Shown: positions 45,853-57,431, counted from the first letter of the stretch. The stretch: 64,000 nt of DNA from Candidatus Bathyarchaeota archaeon (GCA_963782525.1 CAWAKC010000004.1:117528-181527); one strand, 5' to 3'. Translations and numbers: made by a program. Notes: a model not told the origin generated them from the letters alone.

Positions 45853-46329
45853 TTAGTTTTTGTCAGCTTTAAATTCTATTTTGCCGCATTTTGGACATAG
45901 ATAAACGATTACAGGCAGAACTTCTTCTCCGAGTCTCTCTGAGTCCTCGCCAGCAAGTTTTGGATGCGATTCTCCCCACCCATCTATGCTTAATTTGGTC
46001 CTCGTTTGAGACATTTCGACATTACACAAAGAGCACAAGTCTACTTCGGCTTCTTTCATTTCTCCCACTTCTGTTTTTTCGTCATTTATGGGTGTAGTAT
46101 CAACCTGAGTTTTCTCCGCCTCAATTCTTTGAGACACACTTTCGTTACTCCCTAAAAATCGGCAGGGCGTCGCACAATCAAATACAAACATGCAAAGGTA
46201 ACAACAGGTCAACTTCTCTTCATTTTTGCATCGAACCTGCCTGCTTGCCTTTGCTTTCACATTGTCAGAAACAGCTAGACACAATTTCTCACTTGTTAAA
46301 TATTCACAGCTATTAGCTAAGTCAGACAA
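45853..46329 (-). CDS. Cys-rich protein with C-terminal zinc ribbon
   Basis: N-terminal C...C...C...CCYLC...C cluster; CSLCNVEM...YLCPKCGKIEF. Confidence 0.7.
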   Translation of the reverse strand: MSDLANSCEYLTSEKLCLAVSDNVKAKASRQVRCKNEEKLTCCYLCMFVFDCATPCRFLGSNESVSQRIEAEKTQVDTTPINDEKTEVGEMKEAEVDLCSLCNVEMSQTRTKLSIDGWGESHPKLAGEDSERLGEEVLPVIVYLCPKCGKIEFKADKN

Positions 46330-46857
46330 GTCTTTTTCTTCCTTTGCACAATCTAATTTGCTGGTTTGCCTATTTGTTTTTTGGTCAGAATTTTTAGAAA
46401 ATGTTAATCAGATATGCATCTTAATACTCAACTTGTGCCAGAAATTCTTCGACGTATTAACAAAAGACAACAATAGATGCCAGTGAAGTGTTTTCGACTG
46501 GAACCTAAGTTGAAAGAAGAAGAAGTGCAAATTTCCCAATCTTCTTCTTCTACCGATAGAGAATTAGGCTGCTTAAGGTCTTTTTTCTTATTTGGTTAGA
46601 ACAACAACAAGTTTTTTTGTAGGATTATGTAGATGTTGTTCTTCTTAGATGTGTTATGATTGAAAGAGGAAAAAAACCAGTGCTGCTGTGAAAGATTTTT
46701 TTCTTCTTTTTTTAAAAAAGACAGAGGCACTTCAAAAGAGGGAGGGCACATTTGAGCAAACTTGCTAACAAATATTTTGACAATACCTTTCATTTTTCCA
46801 CAGTTATTGGAAAGATATATGACCGCTGAAAACTCTTAGGTTGGTTCGAACAATAGT

Positions 46858-47853
46858 ATGATAGAACTTATCCTCCTACTGCTCCTTAGTATTCTGGTAG
46901 TTTTCATATCTGCCCTGCTCTTCGTTAACGCTATAGAATTTCTCGGCAGCCAATACAAGATAGGTGGTCCTTTCGTAGGCAGCATACTCTCTCCTCTTTT
47001 CACTTCGCTCCCCGAACTCATCGTTTTGATAATAGCTCTTTTTGGTCTTGGCGGAGCGAGCGGAGAAGCCGTCGGCGTGGGAACAATTTTTGGAGAGCCG
47101 CTTATGGCTTCAAGCCTATCCTATGGATTAGTAGGGATACTCGCTGTTGTGGGCTACTTCCTAAAGAGGCGAGTAAACAAAACGCTTCAAGTCGATACAT
47201 CATTGGCCGTGCCCTTTCTCTTCGTTACCATTCTGTTTCCTTTAACTTTAATACCCTCACTTCTGAATAGCAGTGTTGTCAGAATACTTTTCGGGCTTGG
47301 TTTCCTGAGTGCTTATTTTGGGTATTTAGTGTTGATGTATCGGCGAAAGCGCCTTGGACAAATCGAAAACGCCAAAGCACCATATATTTGCAAAATTATC
47401 CCGCCTAAACGAATTGGCGGCATTGTGCAGTTAATTGTTTCTGTGGTGGTTTTGTATTTTGGGGCTCGTGAAATGGTCGGTGTTGTAAATCAGCTTGCGA
47501 TAGGGACTGGAATTAGCTTAATGGGGCTAGCCATTATTGTTGTTCCCGCTGCTACTGCGGTGCCAGAGACGGCGAGCGCTTTAATTTGGGGTTTTAGAGG
47601 TCAGGACACGCTTAGCATTGCGTCGCTTGTTGGCGAGAAGGTGCTATACACGACCTTATTTCCAGGAATAGGGTTGTTGCTCACCACATGGGTATTAGAC
47701 ATTCATGCATATCTGAGCGTCTTAGCAACTACAACAATATCCATTCTAATGCTTTTTTTTATTCTCAAAAAGAGGATTCCATGGTATGTTTTGACTTTTG
47801 GTTTTATCTTCTTTGTAGCTTATTCAGTCATAGTGTTTTGGTTAAGAATTTAG
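46858..47853 (+). CDS. Cation/Ca2+ (CaCA) antiporter
   Basis: Alpha repeats FTSLPEL and ATAVPET; about 10 TMs. Confidence 0.88.
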   Translation: MIELILLLLLSILVVFISALLFVNAIEFLGSQYKIGGPFVGSILSPLFTSLPELIVLIIALFGLGGASGEAVGVGTIFGEPLMASSLSYGLVGILAVVGYFLKRRVNKTLQVDTSLAVPFLFVTILFPLTLIPSLLNSSVVRILFGLGFLSAYFGYLVLMYRRKRLGQIENAKAPYICKIIPPKRIGGIVQLIVSVVVLYFGAREMVGVVNQLAIGTGISLMGLAIIVVPAATAVPETASALIWGFRGQDTLSIASLVGEKVLYTTLFPGIGLLLTTWVLDIHAYLSVLATTTISILMLFFILKKRIPWYVLTFGFIFFVAYSVIVFWLRI

Positions 47854-47972
47854 ATAAAATCTTGATTCTAGCAACCGTCAGAGCGTAAGGCCTATAACAG
47901 AAATAGGCGTTTTTCAAAACTAATCCTTTTAAGCAATTATCTAGTTACGACTAAACCAATCAGTGAACCGTC

Positions 47973-48398
47973 ATGAACATATACTTGCTCGTAGCCACTG
48001 TCAGTCTGGCTTTTCAGCTAGGGGTTTTAGCTTTGGTTCTGGTCGGTTTCGGATTCAAACAACGTCTGCGTTTTCGTTTGCATGGTATCTTTATGCTAAC
48101 AGCCGTTACGCTGCACCTAATAATTATTGGGGCCATTATGGTGCCGTCATTCGTAGCGATATACCTTGAAAAAGCCCCAATCTTGACTATCTTATTCGCA
48201 CCTTTTCATGCGGCAGCAGGAACGGCAACTGCTATCTTAGGCGTCTGGATTGTTGGCGGATGGCGTTTGAGGCATACAACTAAGTTTTGTGCGCCTAAAA
48301 GAAAATTTATGCGTGCCACCTTTATCCTGTGGTTAATAACTCTGTCCTTGGGTGTAGTCTTCTATTTTGTTCTTAATTGGTCGTTCCTGTTCGGCTAA
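47973..48398 (+). CDS. DUF420-like four-TM membrane protein
   Basis: RLHGIFML...IMVPSF...FHAAAG...W...TFILWL; paralogue of 36451. Confidence 0.65.
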   Translation: MNIYLLVATVSLAFQLGVLALVLVGFGFKQRLRFRLHGIFMLTAVTLHLIIIGAIMVPSFVAIYLEKAPILTILFAPFHAAAGTATAILGVWIVGGWRLRHTTKFCAPKRKFMRATFILWLITLSLGVVFYFVLNWSFLFG

Positions 48399-48480
48399 TC
48401 CCTATACAAAACTGGAAGTAAATAATTATAAATTCAATTCTGAGTATTATCTGTAGTCTTGAGTTAGTTTTTAAGAGGAG

Positions 48481-49250
48481 ATGAGTAAAACGCCACGGGA
48501 AATCGTTGTGAGTAATGGTCATGTACTAGTTGCCCTTGACAATAAGATGATGATAAGAGACTTCTTTTATCCAAATATTGGTTTGGAGAATCACGTATAT
48601 GGGCACTCTTTCAAGTTAGGCATCTGGACAGACAACAGGTTCTCTTTGGTTGACAAGAATTGGGATGTAAAAATGAAAATCTTGCCCGAAACCTTGGTCA
48701 AAACGTGCATGGCGGACAATGAAGGAGCGGCTCTTCAACTTGAGATTAACGATGCCGTTCACTGTTCAATGGATTTGTAAATTAGCAAAATTGTCATCCA
48801 AAATAACATTGATAGAAAAAGAGAAGTCCGATTGTTCTTTTCTCATAACTTCCACATTTATGGATTAGATACAGGGGACACTGCAGTCTACGAACCCCCT
48901 ATGAAATCGATTATTCATTACAAACGAAAACTCTATTTCCTTATCAATGGCATAACAGATCAAAATCAAGGAATTTATCAATTTGTAACAGGTCAGAAAG
49001 AGTCATTTGGCAAAGAAGGAACTTGGAAAGATGCAGAAGACGGGGATCTCCAAGGAAACTCTTTAGCTCAAGGCTCTGTTGATTCAACAGTTTCTTTCAA
49101 TATAGAAATTGAACCTCACTCATCAAACAAACTGTGTTGTTGGATAGCCTGCGGCAAAGATCTCAATCAAATCAAAAATCTCGACTAGAGAATTAAGAAA
49201 ACTGGGGAAACCAGTTGGCTGATCCTGATGCTGACGGCATCACTCAGTTG
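48481..49250 (+). pseudogene. Truncated GH15 (glucoamylase/trehalase-like) N-terminal region
   Basis: IRDFFYP.IGLENH, FFSHNFHI, GDTA, EGTWKDAEDG.LQGN..AQGSVDS; same frame with stops at 48778-48780 and 49186-49188; no catalytic barrel follows. Confidence 0.75.
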
Positions 49251-49367
49251 ATTAACGGTTCAAAAGGTAAAAATGTGTTTTCTTAAAGTATTATCAACAA
49301 CTCCTCAAACAAACTTTAGCTGAGAGCTAAGAGGTTAAGACCATACTTTTCAAAAATGAAAAATAAA

Positions 49368-50930
49368 CTATCCAGAGGAAGAATTATCTTCATTAACTTC
49401 TTTGGTTTTTTGTTTGGGCTTGGATCGTTTTGGCAGGGCTGGAAAAATCATAGATGCTCTTGCTTGAATAATCTTCCTTGTTTCAAGCGTAACGTGAGAT
49501 TTTCTCATTAACTTTTCTATTTCCATTTTGCTTTCTTGTAATCTTTCGCTTAATTCTTGTTCAGAAATCTTCTCCTCGGATCTCAATCTGTGCGCTTCTT
49601 GCACATCCGAGGATATTTTTGTAAATTCTTCGTCGAAATCAGTTTCCTTAAAGGCTTCGGTTTCAGGTTGGGGCATTTTTTTCTTTACATATCTAAATAA
49701 GAGAGGTACCTGAATCATAATCGAGATAAAAGCTACTCCAAAGACCATCGTGTTTATCGTGCGCAAATCCGCTTGGGAAATGACTGCTGAAGTGGCAATT
49801 GTTGCTGCAAGCGCTATAGAAAGAGCACCTCTAACTCCACCTAGCATAGCAATATTGGCCCAGACCTTTGACATTTTCCCACCTACTTTTCTGAAGATGG
49901 CAAATATTGGGTAAACGGTAGCTGCCCTAGCTGCAGTGACGGCTATAAAAGCGGCAGCAATTAGAAAAATGGATTGAGGAAAAGTAGTGATGATGTTCGC
50001 TTGGAAGCCTATGAGGAGAAACGCTACTGAGTTACCTAAAAAGGCGGCTATTTGCCAGAAGATAGTCACTGCTTCTCTTGTTGCGGGTTCCATTGCGGTT
50101 CGAATTGTATAGTTGCCAAAGTATAAGCCTGCAACCGTTACTGCAATTAATCCAGATGCGCCAACACCAGACGCAAAAGCATAAGACCCATAAACCACCA
50201 CAATCGTCAGTATAGTTTCGGCGACTCTATCCTCCAGTAAGCTTGACAGGATTTCTCCGACAAAAGCAACACCCAAACCGATTAAAACTCCAACTCCAAG
50301 TGTATAGCCAAAACTCAGAAACGAACCCAGTACGCTGATTTGTTGTAGTCCTACGGAAGCGAGTATGATTGTGAAAATCACGATTGCCGTGGCATCGTTA
50401 AAGGCAGCTTCTGTATCTAGAAGTGTTGATAGTTTGGATGGAACTTTTACCCTCCGGAATACTTCTAATACGGTAACTACATCTGTGGGGGCGATAAGTG
50501 CAGCGAACAAGAAAGAGACATATGGGGAAAGACCGATAATTTTCCATAAAATTAACCCTCCAACTGCGGTTGCTATTAAAACGCCAACAGTTGCTAGCGC
50601 CAATGAGGGCTTGATTACCCCCCTCAGGTCATTTCCACGGATGTGAATCATTGCCTCAAATATCAGAGGAGGAACTACAAGACCCACGAATAGCCCACCA
50701 CCTCCTCCTTGAATTAACAAATCGTAAATTGATCGAATTTGACTAATTAGATTCTGCATAGGCGCCTGAAGAAAGCTTGATTCTATTGACAATAAAATGG
50801 CAACTACGGTGATTGAGACACCGAACGAAACTAAAATTAACGTATACGGAATTTTAAGACGGGTTGAAATGAGCGCAGCGACAAATGACACAAGCAGGAA
50901 TGCTGATACTACGAGCTCTATGCTGACCAT
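49368..50930 (-). CDS. Na+/H+ antiporter, CPA1 (NhaP) family
   Basis: PPLIFEA, LIAPTDVVTV, EAAFNDATAIV, GGVRGALSIALA. Confidence 0.93.
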   Translation of the reverse strand: MVSIELVVSAFLLVSFVAALISTRLKIPYTLILVSFGVSITVVAILLSIESSFLQAPMQNLISQIRSIYDLLIQGGGGGLFVGLVVPPLIFEAMIHIRGNDLRGVIKPSLALATVGVLIATAVGGLILWKIIGLSPYVSFLFAALIAPTDVVTVLEVFRRVKVPSKLSTLLDTEAAFNDATAIVIFTIILASVGLQQISVLGSFLSFGYTLGVGVLIGLGVAFVGEILSSLLEDRVAETILTIVVVYGSYAFASGVGASGLIAVTVAGLYFGNYTIRTAMEPATREAVTIFWQIAAFLGNSVAFLLIGFQANIITTFPQSIFLIAAAFIAVTAARAATVYPIFAIFRKVGGKMSKVWANIAMLGGVRGALSIALAATIATSAVISQADLRTINTMVFGVAFISIMIQVPLLFRYVKKKMPQPETEAFKETDFDEEFTKISSDVQEAHRLRSEEKISEQELSERLQESKMEIEKLMRKSHVTLETRKIIQARASMIFPALPKRSKPKQKTKEVNEDNSSSG

Positions 50931-51096
50931 CGAATAGTTAACCCTCCGTTGTTAGATTGGCGCATATTTTTACTGCGCTGTGCTTAATCAATCTCTCGCA
51001 ACCAATTTGAAAGCAAGGATATTAAACAAAGTAGATTTTTGTGATGATAATTCTTCCGTTTTTCAACTAGGGAGCGTAAAGGTCGATTTGATTGAG

Positions 51097-51396
51097 TTAA
51101 GAGTTAAGTATTTTTTTTAAATCCATAAGCGAGAGATTTAATGTTATAATTACACCTATGTTGTTTATTGACGATGTTGGGATTTTTATGTTAGAGCTTT
51201 TGAGCGTTTTTTTAAGACCAAATTCTTTAGCTGCCTTATCTGACAATTTGACGTTCAGATGGGTAATTTGCCAAGTGTTTGCTTCGATATCGATGTTGTT
51301 TACGTCGCCTATATAATTCCCGGCTGCGCCAATTACAGTTTTTCCCATGACATCCTCAATATTTATCATATTAACATCAGGAAATCCATCCTGCAT
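51097..51396 (-). CDS. PRC-barrel domain protein
   Basis: GKTVIGAAGNYIGDVNNIDIEANTWQITHL...IPTSSINNIGVII. Confidence 0.8.
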   Translation of the reverse strand: MQDGFPDVNMINIEDVMGKTVIGAAGNYIGDVNNIDIEANTWQITHLNVKLSDKAAKEFGLKKTLKSSNIKIPTSSINNIGVIITLNLSLMDLKKILNS

Positions 51397-52569
51397 TAAA
51401 GTAAATAATACTTTTGTAAAAAATTCGACAGAAGCGACTTTAACTGTTTGAGAATAAAAATGTTACCTTCTGTAAAGATCATGATATTGTGAAAGGGCGC
51501 CTATTTTATCGCAAATCTCCGCAATATTAAGTATAAATCAAACGTTTAAGTCAATTGTTTACTTCCATCCAATACAATTTTGATTAGTGGTTTAGTACTT
51601 TTATTGATTTCTTAGCCAACTATCTTTTAGTAAAACTAGTTTGCCTGACATGCTCATACTGATATCTCTATGATTCTCTTTCGGCCTATTGCAGGCGTTA
51701 CCAGCCAACAGAGGTTTTATGAGTTTTGCGTCATTTGTCACTGCTTTGACATGTGCCTAAATTTTTTTGATATCGGCCAACAGCTTTGAAGTGTTCTCTT
51801 CAAAAAGAACTCCAAATAATAACAATAGTTAGACCTAATAATAATTGACATTGTCTCAACTGCAACCATCTACAATTGGCTCATTGGCTATTTTTCGAAA
51901 GAAAGACATTTCAACGACTCAAAAAGCATAAAATTTGTGGTTTTCTCAGCTAATCCAAATTTATTCTATTTAGCAATTACATGCTTCACGTGGAAATAGT
52001 TAAAAATAGAGGCCAAATTGATTTTGTTGTTGTGTTGGGCAGTTCTTGCTTTTCCTTCTTTTCTGCAAAAGGATATAAACCCTCTCGGAGAAAGACTTTG
52101 TTGGAAGCATGCAGCCTTGGATTTAGTTTCAATGTTGTTCTCTGCGTTTCCAGTTGCTTTGCAGGTTGATACTTTTTTCACCAAATTGGGAGAAGTAATT
52201 TTCTTAGGTGCCTTGGGGGTTGGAATAATGACTATCCTGATTGCCCCATTTATTAAGATGATCAGGGATTCAGGCAGGAACGAGAATTCTCAAACAAAAA
52301 TAGCCCAATTGGAGAGAGACAATATCGAAGATGCCGTAGAAGAAGGTTTTGGACTGGTTAATTATTATATATTGCCTTCAGATTTAATTTATGAGGAAAC
52401 ATCTTAGGTTGAAACTAGGAATTTTAAAGTACGCGTATATAGAAGCACAAACACCAGACGAACATTTTATTATGAACTTAACGTCTTTTTCTTCAAAGGT
52501 CCAACATAAAATTGTATATTAGATTTATCACATGTACTTTAAACTGAAAATATTAGGAGAGTTATTTTA

Positions 52570-53943
52570 GTGATTCAGATTAAAAGTCGAGAAAAACTAA
52601 TAGAAAATGGAGAAACTTCAATAATTCGCAAACGTCGCGCCCTTGCTCTCGAGTGTCTTGAGCGAGCTGTTAACGCTGTTGATCCAAAACAGCTGATGGC
52701 GGCTAAGTTGAAAGTGGAAAATAACCATCTCTTAGCTGATGACTACATATTTGACTTGGGGAAATTCAAGCATGTTTATGTCGTAGGCGGAGGTAAAGCA
52801 GGTGGTAAAATGGCGCAAGCCATAGAAGAGATAATGGGCAAACGTGTAACCGCTGGAGTAGTAAACATTCCGTATGGTACGAGACAAAGAACCAAGGTAA
52901 TAGAGCTCAATGAGGCCAGTCATCCGGTTCCAAACGAAACAGGGGTAGATGGTACTTTTCGCATTATGGGAATTGCTGAACGTGCTGAAAAAAACGATTT
53001 AGTGATTTGTCTGATTTCAGGCGGCGGCTCAAGTCTCATGACCCTACCTCGAGAAGGTGTATCCCTCAATGATCTACAGGCACTAACAAATATGCTACTC
53101 AAAAGTGGAGCTGAAATAACCGAAATTAACGCTATCCGAAAACATATTTCAGCTTTCAAAGGCGGATGGCTAGCAAAGAAAGCCTATCCTGCAACGGTCC
53201 TAAACCTTATTCTTTCAGATGTTATGGGCGACCATCTGGATTCTATTGCCTCTGGTCCAACAGTTCCAGACTCATCAACCTTCAGAGATGCCAAAAAAAT
53301 CCTTGAAAAATATGGCGTATGGTTGAATGCCCCCGCTTCTATTCGCAAGATCTTTTTGAAAGGGGCAAAAGGATTACTTCAGGAAACACCCAAGTCAGAT
53401 GACGTAGTTTTTGAAAAGGTTTATAACTTGATAATTGGCAACAATCGAACTGCCAGCCAAGCTGCGGTTGAGTACTTGCATTCTAAAGGGCTTAACACAA
53501 TTCTATTGACTGATATATTGGATGGAGAAGCCAGGGTAGTGGGCAAAGCGTTAGCAAAGTTATCCAGCGATGGTTTTGCCTGTGACCTTTCTTCGTCTAA
53601 ACATCTAGGAATTGTTGCTGGGGGAGAGACCACTGTAACCGTCGCTGGAGGCGGGCTCGGGGGCAGAAATCAAGAGCTGTCATTGTCAGCAGCCTTAAAC
53701 CTCAAGGAATCGGAGGACTGTGTAATAGCTTCTTTCAGTACAGACGGCGTGGACGGACCAACAGATGCTGCAGGCGCAATCGTGGACGGTTACACGCTGA
53801 AGCGGGCAAAGCAGTTAGGGTTGGACCCCAAAAAATACCTTGAGAATAATGATTCCTACAATTTCTTCTTAAAACTTGGTGACCTCATCCATACCGGAGC
53901 GACAGGAACCAACGTTAATGACATATCTGTTATCGTGCGTTGA
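52570..53943 (+). CDS. Glycerate 2-kinase (MOFRL/TtuD/GckA family)
   Basis: GGGKAG, ASHPVP, LISGGGSSL, SDVMGD...IASGPT, GGETTV, GGRNQE, DGVDGPT, TGTNVND. Confidence 0.94.
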   Translation: MIQIKSREKLIENGETSIIRKRRALALECLERAVNAVDPKQLMAAKLKVENNHLLADDYIFDLGKFKHVYVVGGGKAGGKMAQAIEEIMGKRVTAGVVNIPYGTRQRTKVIELNEASHPVPNETGVDGTFRIMGIAERAEKNDLVICLISGGGSSLMTLPREGVSLNDLQALTNMLLKSGAEITEINAIRKHISAFKGGWLAKKAYPATVLNLILSDVMGDHLDSIASGPTVPDSSTFRDAKKILEKYGVWLNAPASIRKIFLKGAKGLLQETPKSDDVVFEKVYNLIIGNNRTASQAAVEYLHSKGLNTILLTDILDGEARVVGKALAKLSSDGFACDLSSSKHLGIVAGGETTVTVAGGGLGGRNQELSLSAALNLKESEDCVIASFSTDGVDGPTDAAGAIVDGYTLKRAKQLGLDPKKYLENNDSYNFFLKLGDLIHTGATGTNVNDISVIVR

Positions 53944-54039
53944 AAGAATATTTAAAATCTATTTGAGATGCTTTAGAGCTTTTGGCGACTGCACTTTTTG
54001 AGCGAATGATTTTTTAGAAATGAAAGCATAGTTTGCGGA

Positions 54040-55284
54040 GTGATAAAATTGAATAAAGCTGATTCCGCATTGTCCTTGGATGCCCGCGTATATCTGCACG
54101 ATATAGAAAAGGCAGATATCTTAGTGGGAATTCCATCTTTCAATAATATACTCACGGCAAGCTACGTTATTTCTCAAGTAACTAAGGGTTTGGACACTTA
54201 TTTCCCAAATTTTAAATCCGTAATTTTTGTTTCAGATGGCAACTCGAAGGACGATACATTGAACTCAGTGAAGAAGATTTATCTGCCATCCGAAGTGAAG
54301 CTAATTCCAGCCATTTATATGGGAATATCAGGCAAAGGGCGGGCTGTCAGAGCCATCTTTGAAGCAGCCAGCAACCTTAAAGTTAAAAGTGTTGCATTGG
54401 TGGATTCAGATTTGCGTAGCATAACCCCTGAGTGGATGCAGCTTTTAATTACTCCAACATTGATGGGAACTGGTTTTGTTGCACCCTACTACAACCGCCG
54501 CAAATATGACGGAACAATAACCAATTTTTTGTGTTATCCTGTCACATCAAGCCTGTTTGGCAAAGATGTTCGGCAGCCCATTGGTGGGGATTTTGGGCTT
54601 TCAATTGAGCTAGTTGAAGACCTCTTGGATTCGCCAATGTGGGAGCTTCCAGACGTTTGCCGCTTTGGAATTGACATCTTTGAAACTCAAACTGCCCTTG
54701 CTAAAGGCTATAAAGTTAAGCAGGCTCTGTTGGGAATAAAAAATCACGATGCAAAAGACCCATCCAGTCAACTGGCAGGTATGTTCCGTCAAGTTATGAA
54801 CATCATGTTTACTTGCATAGAACAGTATGAGCAGGTGTGGAAAGGAATAAAGGGTGTTTCCAATACAGAATTGGTCGGTGAAGCTCATTACGTTGAGACA
54901 CCTGAATCTATTCAGGTTTCCCTACCTGCAACTATAGATGCATTCAAAAGCAATTATGATCAATTCAATTCCATCTACAAATCATTTTTGGAACAAGACA
55001 TCCAAAACAAATTCGAACAAATCAAGCAAATTGAAACATCCACTGTCGACTTTCCCTCAGAAATCTGGGCAAAAACTGTTTATTCATTCATCGCCGAATT
55101 CCACAAAAACCCTGTGTGTGGCAGAGAGAAATTGATAGATGCTCTTAGGGTACTTTGGATTGGTCGGGTAGCTGTTTTCCTGAAAGAAACATGGGAACAA
55201 TCGCGAGAAGAAGCTGAAACAAAAATAATTGAAGAAGCAAAAGTATTTGAAAAATTCAAACATTATTTGATTGAGAAATACTAG
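54040..55284 (+). CDS. ggs: GT-A glycosyltransferase, probable one-step glucosylglycerate synthase
   Basis: VGIPSFNN, GKG, DSDLRSITPEW, YDGTITN, RQPIGGDFG, FGIDI, KNHDAKD; adjacent to glycerate kinase. Confidence 0.7.
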   Translation: MIKLNKADSALSLDARVYLHDIEKADILVGIPSFNNILTASYVISQVTKGLDTYFPNFKSVIFVSDGNSKDDTLNSVKKIYLPSEVKLIPAIYMGISGKGRAVRAIFEAASNLKVKSVALVDSDLRSITPEWMQLLITPTLMGTGFVAPYYNRRKYDGTITNFLCYPVTSSLFGKDVRQPIGGDFGLSIELVEDLLDSPMWELPDVCRFGIDIFETQTALAKGYKVKQALLGIKNHDAKDPSSQLAGMFRQVMNIMFTCIEQYEQVWKGIKGVSNTELVGEAHYVETPESIQVSLPATIDAFKSNYDQFNSIYKSFLEQDIQNKFEQIKQIETSTVDFPSEIWAKTVYSFIAEFHKNPVCGREKLIDALRVLWIGRVAVFLKETWEQSREEAETKIIEEAKVFEKFKHYLIEKY

Positions 55285-55660
55285 TATTGGCCGTTTTAGC
55301 AACCACTTATGTCGTCACTGTTCAAGATCTATTAATTATGAAAGACTTGGTTCGCCTGCTAAGACAATTTCTTTTAACGATTCTAAGGTCCTACATTGGT
55401 GGATGAGAGATGCTGTCGTGTAGCAACATGAAACGATGACAATATCTCGATATCTGATTTAAGTTCACTAAGAATATTATCTATCAGATCGCCATTTATA
55501 TTGACTAAAGAATTAGGATGGTCAGGTAGATGCATTGATTTCGTAAGTTAAGGATCGATATTTTTAAGACAGAAAATTAATCTAAGATAAAAATAGTTAA
55601 ATTGGCATAAGTATTGCTGAAATAAAATTAATATAGCTATTAGTTTGTATTAAGATATTA

Positions 55661-55957
55661 GTGAAATGCTTGTCATTGAAAGAAAGGGTCGCTTCTGGAG
55701 AAGAAGCCTTGAAAATAGCAGAAGCTATTAACTCAACAACCATGAGAATGCTTCAAGTTCTTGGAAAAGAACGTTTGGATGTTACAACCATCTCAAAAAG
55801 GCTTAGCTTGAGCGAAGCATACATAAGTGAACAGGTTCGAGTTCTTGAAGATCTAAAACTAATTAATGTAACATATGAACGGGGTAAACGAGGTATAAGA
55901 AAAATCTGCGAGTCCACTGTGGAGAAAGTTACATTAGTTATTAAAGAATCAATTTAA
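55661..55957 (+). CDS. ArsR-like winged-helix regulator
   Basis: AEAINSTT.RMLQVL...LDVTTISKRLSLSEAYISEQVRVLEDLKLI. Confidence 0.82.
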   Translation: MKCLSLKERVASGEEALKIAEAINSTTMRMLQVLGKERLDVTTISKRLSLSEAYISEQVRVLEDLKLINVTYERGKRGIRKICESTVEKVTLVIKESI

Positions 55958-56105
55958 ATCAGCAATATATGAAATTCCGAACGACCAAAAAATATGGCAA
56001 TGTAATGATTAGTAATGGCAAAAAATACGTCTCTTTCTTTGGACAGTTATTCTCCATTTGGGTCTCTTTGAGTCCAAGGATCGTTATTTTGGATAATTAT
56101 GAATT

Positions 56106-56261
56106 CTACTGGTAGTGAATGATCTTTTTTCCTACCTTACTTAAAATACCGTGAGGAAATCTGATCTTTCCTGTATAAACCTTTGCAATTGTTAAAATAT
56201 ATTTATTTGCAGGCAACTCTAAAACCATAAGTAGTGAACGATTTAAATTGTGAATAGCCAT
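56106..56261 (-). pseudogene. Possible AbrB-like remnant
   Basis: KYILTIAKVYTGKIRFP...KIIHYQ loosely resembles a swapped-hairpin regulator; short and weak. Confidence 0.2.
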
Positions 56262-56654
56262 AGCAAATACCGTGGTTGTCTAAAATGACAAAAAAACCAT
56301 CTAAATCTGAAACTCTTGAACAACACAAGAAAGCTTGCGAGAAAAAGAACTTAAAAAGAAACAATAAAAGCAAGGCGGAAATCCATCTATTTATTTAAAA
56401 AACAAGAAATAGTGAATCAAACCGCAATTCACTCTTTCTTTATCATATTAGGCTCTCTCTTTCTTTAGCACTTATAACAAATCAAAGAAAATGAATTGCC
56501 TTTACTTTACGATCGGGAAAAAGTAAATGTCTCTTTTTACATTCTGAAAACATAATTGCTTTACTCAAAGAAATATGCTCAATTATATAAATTCTTCACT
56601 GAAGCGGACAGATAGTATTTAATTCACCATAGGGAATGGAGAAAGTTCTTGATT

Positions 56655-57431
56655 TTATGAAATGCATGAACCAAACTTGTTGATGAGGTAAATTATTTTC
56701 TCCCATTCTGTTTGAATCTCTTCGGATTTGTTAATGAAAAAAGGATAATCTGTCGCCTCTAACATTTCAATGTCATTGGATTGATTTCCTACACCCACTG
56801 TTCTTATTTTTTTGTATTTCGTGGAAAATAGTTCCTTAAGCCTCAATACTGCTTTTCCCTTATTGTGATTTCCCATTAAATGGTAGTATTTTCCGCCAAT
56901 TGTAAAATGCAATTTTTCCTTTAGTATAGCATTTATGATTTCAGCTTCACAATGTTTTTTAAAACGAAACGGTTCCGTGTATTCTCTCTCCTTTGCCAAT
57001 TCTGCAAGCTCGATTGTTAATCCAGTTTCTTCTGCGATTTCCTCAGTAGTCATGTCCCCAAATCCTTTTATATCCTTGAGACATGATTTCCTAATTCTTT
57101 CAAATTTCTTTCTAATTGAAGAATACGCAATCCCTAATTCAATAATATCATATCGGCTTGTTTGTTTAGTCCAAAAATGCCCTATCTTGAAATAACCTGA
57201 TGGCACAAAAATAGCTGCGCCGTTTTCAGAAATGAATGGATCATTTAAACCCATGATCTTTCTAAAATATTCAATCTCAAGCCTTGTCTTACTGCTGCAA
57301 AGTATAATTGGAATGTTTAAGGTCTTTAACTGAGATATTGCCGGACGTAAAAGCTCAAAGCTATAGTTTTCATCCAAAAGTGTTCCATCAAGATCAGTAA
57401 AAACAATTGTTCGCTCGGTTTCAGTGTTCAA
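56655..57431 (-). CDS. gpgP: Glucosyl/mannosyl-3-phosphoglycerate phosphatase (HAD IIB)
   Basis: FTDLDGTLL, CSSKT, SENG, REYTEPF, GGKYYHL, KGKA, GNQSND; overlaps the gpgS stop. Confidence 0.9.
   Translation of the reverse strand: MNTETERTIVFTDLDGTLLDENYSFELLRPAISQLKTLNIPIILCSSKTRLEIEYFRKIMGLNDPFISENGAAIFVPSGYFKIGHFWTKQTSRYDIIELGIAYSSIRKKFERIRKSCLKDIKGFGDMTTEEIAEETGLTIELAELAKEREYTEPFRFKKHCEAEIINAILKEKLHFTIGGKYYHLMGNHNKGKAVLRLKELFSTKYKKIRTVGVGNQSNDIEMLEATDYPFFINKSEEIQTEWEKIIYLINKFGSCIS

Noticed and set aside
46515-46551. 11-bp inverted repeat AGAAGAAGAAG / CTTCTTCTTCT
   Set aside because: Low-complexity trinucleotide arms; no supporting context
51400-52500. Short ORFs 51966..52184, 51981..52169 and 52018..52407
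   Set aside because: Overlapping and without family motifs; probably decayed sequence that I cannot identify
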